From positions 241,122 to 273,121 of the forward strand of contig NC_009928.1 in the NCBI RefSeq assembly GCF_000018105.1: a stretch of 32,000 bases of DNA, written 5' to 3'. Positions 17,309-24,200 of this stretch are shown here, in pieces; positions within the stretch are counted from its first letter, which is position 1; each line of letters begins with the position of its first letter. This stretch comes from Acaryochloris marina MBIC11017 (GTDB taxonomy: Bacteria; Cyanobacteriota; Cyanobacteriia; Thermosynechococcales; Thermosynechococcaceae). Below the pieces are notes generated by a model. That model searched no databases. It was not told the origin of the DNA and saw nothing but the letters and a program-made list of their open reading frames with translations. The translations under genes and the position numbers were made by a program.

Positions 17309-17412
17309 GTGGTTGGGTGGGAAGTCTGGGAGGTGGTATTGGGGTAATTGTCATTGGTATCAGAGTTGCGATCGCGTATCACCCTCAGTTGATGAGTTGG
17401 GAAGGGGCAAAT

Positions 17413-17423
17413 AATATACCCCT
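17413..17423 (-). promoter_or_regulatory. Backbone motif copy (minus strand AGGGGTATATT)
   Basis: aatatacccct lies in the intergenic region just downstream of the YlqD-like stop, 58 nt upstream of a 16-codon mini-ORF. Confidence 0.35.
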
Positions 17424-17446
17424 CCCTCAAAGCAGCTAAGCCAATA

Positions 17447-17962
17447 TCACAATTCGCCCCGAAGTTCTTCAATGACCCCATCCCGCAGCACCATCTCGAC
17501 CTGCATCTTGCGAATAAAGTGGTCGCCTTGCTTGACGTAAAAGTAGCTATCTACCTGGCCTTGTTCAACTTCCTCGCCCAGCTCCAATGTTCCGACCTTC
17601 TCCAGTTGCTGCAAGACTTGAGCTTTTTGCTGGAGCAGTTCGTTTTTGCGTTGTTCAGCTTGTACCTGGATGCCTTGGATCTGGTTCTGGGTTTCGCCTA
17701 CAGCACTGCTATCGGCCCCAACAACTTGAATCGTATGCTGGCTTAGCTCCTCAACCATTTGATTGACCTGGATGGCCAGTTGGCCAAGCTGCTCGTCTAA
17801 CTGATCAACTTGGGACTGGAGAAGTTGCTGTGCCTCGTCTTTCCATATAGGAGTGACGATGGCCTTGATGGTGATTGGACGATTGAGTAAGAGCTGATTG
17901 GATGATGGAGACTCAACCCAAAGTTCTGGTTTGGGCTGGGTGGGACGGTTTTGAGTAAGCAT
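17447..17962 (-). CDS. Coiled-coil protein, YlqD-like (tentative)
   Basis: 171 aa. ...ITIKAIVTPIWKDEAQQLLQSQVDQLDEQL...LELGEEVEQGQVDSYFYVKQGDHFIRKMQVEMVLRDGVIEEL resembles cyanobacterial YlqD-family proteins as I remember them. AAGGAG lies upstream of the ATG. Confidence 0.7.
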   Translation of the reverse strand: MLTQNRPTQPKPELWVESPSSNQLLLNRPITIKAIVTPIWKDEAQQLLQSQVDQLDEQLGQLAIQVNQMVEELSQHTIQVVGADSSAVGETQNQIQGIQVQAEQRKNELLQQKAQVLQQLEKVGTLELGEEVEQGQVDSYFYVKQGDHFIRKMQVEMVLRDGVIEELRGEL

Positions 17963-18004
17963 GATTTGCTCTCCTTAATTTGATAGTTTTGAAGGTGACG
18001 AATT

Positions 18005-18180
18005 AATATACCGCCGCTCTGATTTGCTAGTTGGCGATGCTGGGTAATATGTCACCAGCTTTATTGGCTCCTGTTGGAGATGCCAGGTAATGTGCCACCG
18101 CTCTGATTTACTTGGTTGGAAGTGACCGATAATCTGCCACCTTGAGAATTTAGCTGAGTGGTGCCAGTGAATATGCCACT
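18005..18180 (-). repeat. Phased array of five backbone-motif copies (about 42-bp period)
   Basis: aatataccgcc 18005, aatatgtcacc 18046, aatgtgccacc 18089, aatctgccacc 18131, aatatgccact 18170. Copies 1 and 3 share about 30 nt (ccgctctgattt.ct.g.ttgg). The array straddles the stop codon at 18061. Confidence 0.75.
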
Positions 18181-18444
18181 CTTGTCATTTGCCGAAGTTG
18201 GGGCGATGGTCCCCCGCAGCCACCAGCCCCCAAACCCAGCGATGAGGGCGACTAGCACAACTAGCCAACCCCAATAACTGACATCGCCAAGCACAGCCAT
18301 GCGGTACTCATGGTCTCGGCGACGTTGGGCAGACTGCATTAGGAATTGCTGGTTGTCGTTAATTTGCTTGCGCTCTCGCAGGGCCTCAATCCGCTCGTTG
18401 TTCTCAAGAATGCTCATCACCCACGAGAACACCATTTCGCCCAC
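18061..18444 (-). CDS. Small membrane protein (127 aa, one TM helix)
   Basis: GTG start. TM helix YWGWLVVLVALIAGFGGWWL. The C-terminal 40 aa or so are encoded by the motif array, so the tail may be incidental. Confidence 0.6.
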   Translation of the reverse strand: MGEMVFSWVMSILENNERIEALRERKQINDNQQFLMQSAQRRRDHEYRMAVLGDVSYWGWLVVLVALIAGFGGWWLRGTIAPTSANDKSGIFTGTTQLNSQGGRLSVTSNQVNQSGGTLPGISNRSQ

Positions 18445-18455
18445 GAAAGTCCACG

Positions 18456-19097
18456 CTACTCCTCCACCACAGTGGCTTTTAAGAGCGGCTGCTTTCCCGG
18501 CGTCAGTTGATTGGCCGTTAGCTTACTCACTAGCGCAGCCACCTCTGGACGCTGCATAATTTCATCGGCTTTGGCCTGGATTCGGGCGTTGACGTATCGG
18601 TTGGCACTTTCATCCAACTCACCCAAAACTTGTACAACCTGATGGATGGTATTCTCCGTCGCCAAGTCGATAATCGGATCTATCTTCCGCTTCAGAACTT
18701 CCGGTAGTTCAGCTCTGGGGATTGCAGATTCTACCAGTGGTACCTCTTCTACCCCTCGCATCTCTGCTTTGACCGCATCAACAGGGTCAACCCCTTCCTC
18801 AGAGACACGCTCACAGACGAGGATAAACAGTGGGTGATATAGGTCGTCTCCTGTCTCAATCCCTTCAGCAGAAATCGCCTTGTGGATAGGCTTAAGGTCC
18901 ACTTGATACATCTCAGATGTGTAGATGCACCAGCCATGCGTGTAGGTGTCTGCGTTGTTTTCAGCCTTGAGCTGGAGGACACCCTGCAAGGTCTCCAGAT
19001 CATAGCCGTCCTCGCTCATTCCGCAGGCCCGTAGTAGCTTGTCGAGGTCATTTTGCTCAATGCCCAATGTTTGGGTTAGGTCAGTTGCATTCGTCAT
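18456..19097 (-). CDS. Hypothetical protein (213 aa)
   Basis: Clean acidic ORF. ATG 19097 lies 30 nt downstream of the first copy of the three-copy motif array. Confidence 0.75.
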   Translation of the reverse strand: MTNATDLTQTLGIEQNDLDKLLRACGMSEDGYDLETLQGVLQLKAENNADTYTHGWCIYTSEMYQVDLKPIHKAISAEGIETGDDLYHPLFILVCERVSEEGVDPVDAVKAEMRGVEEVPLVESAIPRAELPEVLKRKIDPIIDLATENTIHQVVQVLGELDESANRYVNARIQAKADEIMQRPEVAALVSKLTANQLTPGKQPLLKATVVEE

Positions 19098-19126
19098 TGT
19101 TTAATTCTCCAAATGTTGTGCTGGTG

Positions 19127-19228
19127 GAATATGCCACCGTGGATTTTGATGGCAGCAAAGAAGGGACATGTGAATATGCCACCGTGGGTTTTGATATCGG
19201 TAGTGAGAGGACATATGAATATGCCCCC
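19127..19228 (-). repeat. Three backbone-motif copies at an exact 45-bp period (candidate centromere or iterons)
   Basis: gaatatgccaccgtggattttgat begins at 19127, gaatatgccaccgtgggttttgat at 19172, and gaatatgccccc at 19217. The array lies between the stop of the ParR-like gene and the start of the 213-aa gene. Confidence 0.8.
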
Positions 19229-19244
19229 TCACTTTTTTTTGCGG

Positions 19245-19643
19245 TCAGTCGTCCATAACGAACTCTTCAAATTCCGCTTGCGACTCATCCCAAGGGGGTG
19301 TGTCATCAAGGTCATCGGCTTCCGCTGGTAATGTGCCACCAGGGTTACTCAGTGTTGGTGCAACCATGACGGGTAGGGGCACCTCTGCTTCAGCTAGCCC
19401 CAAAGCCATCTGGTAATAGCCTTCAACTTGGACCCTAGAAACTTCAATAGCCCCTTGAATCGCAGCTCGATTACGAGTCTGGATGGCGACAGACAGCACC
19501 TTTAGCACAGAAAACATAATGTCCATGCATAGCCGGGTAAAACTGGGTCCAGGGCCGTAGTGATTGCGAACCGTTTTGACAATTACCCCTCGCTCAGAGG
19601 TGAGTTTCCACTGAGTCTTTACCTTGAAATAGATATCAGACAT
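19245..19643 (-). CDS. Small protein with acidic C-terminal tail; candidate ParR-like adaptor
   Basis: 132 aa. It overlaps the parM-like stop by 8 nt (translational coupling). The tail is AEADDLDDTPPWDESQAEFEEFVMDD. The assignment rests on position only. Confidence 0.7.
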   Translation of the reverse strand: MSDIYFKVKTQWKLTSERGVIVKTVRNHYGPGPSFTRLCMDIMFSVLKVLSVAIQTRNRAAIQGAIEVSRVQVEGYYQMALGLAEAEVPLPVMVAPTLSNPGGTLPAEADDLDDTPPWDESQAEFEEFVMDD

Positions 19644-20754
19644 TGCTCACCTCCGCTTTTGCACGCTTAGCTGACTTAGTAGTCTTGGTTGTCTTGACAC
19701 TTTTACGAGTGGGGGGAGCTTGCAACGTTTCAGGACGATCTGCACTCTGCCGCCATACCAGATAGGCATCCGTCAGACGGTAGGTCATCGGAGACTTTGA
19801 CCATTCTGGGAATTCCTGACCAATAGTGCGAATCACAGGGCCTAGGGAGTCCATCTTGCCACTAAAGAATTCCTTGAGCTGCTTAGACCAGGCGGGCGCA
19901 CCCCCTCCCGCAACATAGATGCGCTTGGCTTGCACCACATCTATGTCACTACTCAATTGATGCTGGAGATTCACCCAGTACAGATCCCTAGCTTGGCGTA
20001 AGGAAGCCACGATGGGGCCAGCTTTCTCACCCAATGTCTTCTCAAGCCCTTTCTGGCCAACCCCCTGGGAAAAAATCAGCTTGGCACCCGTCAGCTCATT
20101 CGATGGTGTCCAGTTCATATGGTGCTGAATCATCAATGAGCCTCGTCCAGCCCAGGTCTGGATATAGCCCAAGCCACTATGCTCATCCTTGACCTTCGTC
20201 AAAGTGAAGTCCTTGTGACCAAACATCAGAATAATCGAGGGGTAGACCTTGGCATACGAGACGATTCCCGCACTCTCTGGCAAGACATTCACAAACCTCG
20301 GCGCACAGGTCAGTTGCTTCGGCCCGTACAAAAACTTGCTGACGTACTTCGCCAAATCTCGCTTCATCTGGGCAAAGCTTGGCTCCTCACTCTGAGGCAA
20401 GAGCAAGTCCAAATACATCTCGCAACCATTCCCAGCCTTCGAGATGGCATACCCCGCAATCGACAGCACCTTGGCAATCGCTTCAGGGTGCTTGTGCTGA
20501 TCTGTATTCGTCTGCCTGAGATTGGTTTCGGCAATCTGGCCCGTCTGCCAGTACATCCCTCCATAGCCAAGGAGAGAACTGTGAGCGGAGTTGTCGTGGT
20601 CCGACTCCTCATACAGACTCTCGGTTGTTCTGAGGACAGCAGATGGTTGTGTAATACATTCCTCAATCGGAAGCTTGCCATCCGGTGCAATTTGCAAGAA
20701 GGCTTTGGTCAAACTTGCACCGACATCGACCGTCAAAAATATTTTTGTAGTCAT
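19636..20754 (-). CDS. parM: ParM/StbA-like actin-fold plasmid segregation ATPase
   Basis: MTTKIFLTVDVGASLTKAF carries the phosphate-1 motif DxGxxxxK. RIYVAGGGAPAW carries the GGG loop. The protein is 372 aa. ATG 20754 is preferred because the TTG-extended ORF (to 20799) would run through a motif copy. Confidence 0.85.
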   Translation of the reverse strand: MTTKIFLTVDVGASLTKAFLQIAPDGKLPIEECITQPSAVLRTTESLYEESDHDNSAHSSLLGYGGMYWQTGQIAETNLRQTNTDQHKHPEAIAKVLSIAGYAISKAGNGCEMYLDLLLPQSEEPSFAQMKRDLAKYVSKFLYGPKQLTCAPRFVNVLPESAGIVSYAKVYPSIILMFGHKDFTLTKVKDEHSGLGYIQTWAGRGSLMIQHHMNWTPSNELTGAKLIFSQGVGQKGLEKTLGEKAGPIVASLRQARDLYWVNLQHQLSSDIDVVQAKRIYVAGGGAPAWSKQLKEFFSGKMDSLGPVIRTIGQEFPEWSKSPMTYRLTDAYLVWRQSADRPETLQAPPTRKSVKTTKTTKSAKRAKAEVSNV

Positions 20755-20783
20755 GTTGAAAAACCTATCGGTTTGGTCAAGGT

Positions 20784-20794
20784 AATGTACCCCC
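20784..20794 (-). promoter_or_regulatory. Backbone motif copy upstream of parM (minus strand GGGGGTACATT)
   Basis: aatgtaccccc, with 29 nt between the motif and ATG 20754. Confidence 0.4.
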
Positions 20795-20991
20795 GCCAAA
20801 ATTGCGGTTTTTGGGGGTCGATTGGGGGTCGTTTAGGTACTCGAAAGCCCTATTTGCAAGGATCCTAGAGATGGTGCTACTTTGGGGGCAGATTCAAGAG
20901 GTTCTGGAGGGGTCGCTGAGGCTCCCACACCCATCACCACTCCGAGGCACCGGAACGGAAATTTACCCAATCGGACTGACCCTAAATTTTC

Positions 20992-21086
20992 GTAGTACAT
21001 TCAGAAACATTTTTGTACTATCACGTAGTACTTCCGTAGTTGTTTTGTAGCTTCACTCTGTAGTATTCAGTAGTATCTCTGTAGTT
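20992..21086. repeat. Array of about eight yGTAGTwy iterons at 10-13 bp phasing in the parM/relaxase divergent intergenic region
   Basis: GTAGT(A/T) occurs at 20992, 21025, 21036, 21060, 21070 and 21081, with variants GTACTA at 21015 and GTAGCT at 21047. Confidence 0.7.
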
Positions 21087-21205
21087 TTTATGAGAACGAT
21101 CACGTTTGTGGTCGATGGAATCGCTTTTTAAAAATTTCACTGCAGTTATTCCCATGCTTAAAACTTTCCTGAAGCGTCTGAACCGCTGAATCAAAGGCCG
21201 ATGTC

Positions 21206-24200
21206 ATGAAGACGATGCGGACCATCTATGGAGAGATGATTGACTATTACGATGAGGATGAATCTCTCGTAGATGCTCCAGAGCGCTATTACAGCGAATC
21301 CGAGGTTATCACTGACATCGACCGCATGAGTACCGCTGTCTGGGTCGGCTCCAACGCGATTGTTCAAAAGTTAGGCACCTACGTTAAACGAGAGGACTTT
21401 AAAGCCCTCAGTCGAGGATTTCTGCCTGAATCCTTAAAGAGTGTCGCGGGTGGTGCAGTCCAACGGATTCGGGGCAAGAAACCCAACGAAGAAGACAAAG
21501 AACGCCTTGCCCATGACCTGGTGCTGTCTGCGCCTAAAAGTGTGTCGATGGCCCTGCACTTAGAGGGGGACAACCGGATCTTTGATGCCCACATGGAGGC
21601 AGTTCTCGAAACCTTTGAGTTGCTTGAACGCGAGTATGCCCAGACCCGAATTCAAGTAAACGGGGTGCGCTCCGTCGTCGATACGGGCAATATGATTGCT
21701 GCATTGATGCCTCATCACACGTCTCGCGATGGAGACATGCAGCTCCACACCCACATGCTGATCATGAATGGCACTGAGGGGCCAGATGGTCGGTGGCGCT
21801 CCCTCTCTCATGAAAAGCTGGCTCAGGCCAAGTGGATCGGCAGCTTCTACCGTCAGAAGTTAGCTGAGAAAGTTCAACGGCTGGGCTATCGCATCTATCA
21901 AACCAAGGATGCATTTGAGCTAGTGGGCTACGACCGTTCTGATGTCGAAGTCTTTTCTAAGCGTCACCGGGCCATCGTCAAAGCGGTTCAGAAAGAGGGG
22001 CTAGAAGTTACTCCTGAGAATAAGAAGCTGAAGGTACTCCCCACTCGCAAAGCTAAGCGGGGTGTGGGCAAAAAGCTCGAAATCATCCAAGACCATTGGA
22101 GAGAAGAAGCCCGCTCTCAAGGGGTGGGTCATCCGGTTTTGGCTGAACCTCTGGCTGTAATGCCTGACCCAGACCGAGCCAGGTATGAGGTTGAAAGTGC
22201 TATTCGCCATTATGCGGAGTGGTCCTCAATCTTTGAGAAGGACGACATCTATGCCTATGTCTTCAAGACCCTCAAACGTCAAGGCATGGCTATGGAACAG
22301 GTGGATGAGGCCATCAAGCAAAGCAAGGAACTGATCCCCGTTGACCGTGGATTCACCACCGTCACTGCCGTTGAAGAAGAAGCCCAGATCCACCAGCGCT
22401 GGATGGAGGGCCAAGGTCAAGCTCAGCCGATGGTCGCTCATCCTTCCCTTTTGGGGATTAGCGTTGAGCTGAATGAAGACCAGGCCAAGGCCATACTCAA
22501 TACCCTCTCCAGCTCTGACCGTTACCAAATCTGGCAGGGCTTTCCAGGGGTGGGCAAATCTCGCACATTGGGGGTACTCAAGACTTTACTCAATGGATCT
22601 GGCTTAAGTATTCGGGGATTCAGCCCCACGATTCCAGCCGCAAAGAAGCTCCAGGATGAGCTTGGAATCACGACCAATACCGTTGAGCATCTAGTTCTAC
22701 ATAAAGTTGAGGACAGCCCCAATCAAGTCTGGCTGATTGATGAAGCGGGCATGATGAGCCGACGACAGATGAAGGTGATTCTGGAGAAAGCTGAACCCAT
22801 TGGGGCACAAGTCATCTTCGTAGGGGATGCAGGTCAAAACTCTGCGATTGAGGCAGGCAATCCCTTCAAGTTCATGCAGGCCAATGGAGCCACCACCCAT
22901 CGGATTGAGGAGATTGTCAGGCAAAAAGTTGATGTCCAAAAGCAGGCCGTTGAACTGATTGCTAGAGGCAGAGGAATTGCAGCACTAGAACTCCTCGATG
23001 CTAATGGATATGTGATTGAGTCGGGCTGTAAAGCGGAAATGGCCCAAGCCGCAGCAGATCAGTTCCTCGCACTCCCCCTCAAAGAACAAGAGGAAACCCT
23101 GATTATCGCTGGCACCAATGAGGAACGACTCGATACGGAGCAAGCCATTCGTTGGGGTGAGAAACAAGCGGGACGGCTAGGGGAATCCAGCAAGATTGTT
23201 CAGCTCAAGTCTCGCAACCTGAGTATCGAACAAAAGCGACGGGCGGATTGGTATCGAAAAGGGGATTACGTTCGGCTACTGCAAACATCGAAGACATCAT
23301 CCATCAAACGGGGACAGCTCTACAAGGTGGAGAAGCGAGAGGGAGATGAGCTGGTGGTATCTTCCTTTGGCGGTCGGCTCTATCGATTCAAACCCGCGAA
23401 ATACAAACTAAAGGAGGTCTACAGTGCCCATAAATTTGATGTGGCCGTTGGAGATAAGTTGCGGTGGACGACAACGATCAAAGAAAACAACTGGATTAAC
23501 GGTCAGCAGCTCACGGTCACCGCCCTCGATGGCTTGAATATGAAGGTCAGGGACCATGAGGGACGTTCCCATGATGTGCCACTGACGCAACCGCTTGCCT
23601 TGGAGTATGACCGGGTGTGGACTTCCTACCGCTCCCAGAGTGGCACGAAGAAACGGACGATTGTCATCACCACGAATGACCGGACCTCAAGCCGAGAGCC
23701 GTTCCTCGTCGATATTTCCCGACAAGAACATGAATTGACTGTCTATACCGAGAGCCTGAACAAACTCAGAAACCGAGTCGCCAAATCCAATGCTCAAAAA
23801 AGTGCTTTAGATCTAATCGAGGGAACCTATGGAAACCAACGAACAACAACAACAGAACGTCAACAATCAACAGCAGATCATCAACAATCAACAGCAGATC
23901 ATCAACGAGCTTCGAGTCCAGTTAGCCCCACTCACGGACGCGATCACCATCTTGACCAATCAAGTCGAAGAGGTCCAAACTCAGAACCAACACATCCTCG
24001 ACGAAAACAGAGAACTCAAGTCCCAGGTCAGGGAGCGGATCAACACCATCCCAATGGAAGTCAAAGCCGTTCTCAACCTATTTATCCAGGAGTTCAAGGA
24101 GGCGATGGCATCCAAGAAACCCTCGGATATGAGCGAGAGCATCAAGGAACTCGCCAAGGCAATGGACAACTTAAGGATGAAAATCGAGGATACCAGCGTG

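Noticed and set aside
17290-17481. 63-aa minus-strand ORF between the YlqD-like and 69-aa genes
   Set aside because: It overlaps the end of the YlqD-like gene and runs through a motif copy, a HIP1 site and the hairpin. Its composition is poor and it has no SD.
18005-19228. The regularly spaced repeats as a CRISPR array
   Set aside because: The conserved core is only about 11-12 nt (24-30 nt at most in two pairs). The copies are degenerate and the period is 39-45 bp including the core. Copies overlap a coding tail and promoters, and no cas genes are present.
19067-19331. Plus-strand ORFs with repeated MPPW peptides
   Set aside because: The repeated peptide is simply the translation of the 45-bp DNA repeat array. 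These ORFs are antisense to the direction of all neighbouring genes.
19330-19340. Motif copies inside coding sequence (19330 in the ParR-like gene, 30614 in the T4CP gene) as functional sites
   Set aside because: They encode GGTLP and GGIL in frame and are not near a start codon. They may be chance matches or internal promoters. I count them in the orientation tally but do not call them regulatory.
20179-20868. 229-aa plus-strand ORF (and nested ORFs at 20364..20690 and 20591..20785) overlapping the parM-like gene
   Set aside because: It is antisense to, or out of frame with, a gene that has clear actin-fold ATPase motifs. Its product is R/L/Q-rich and low in complexity. This is most likely a shadow ORF.
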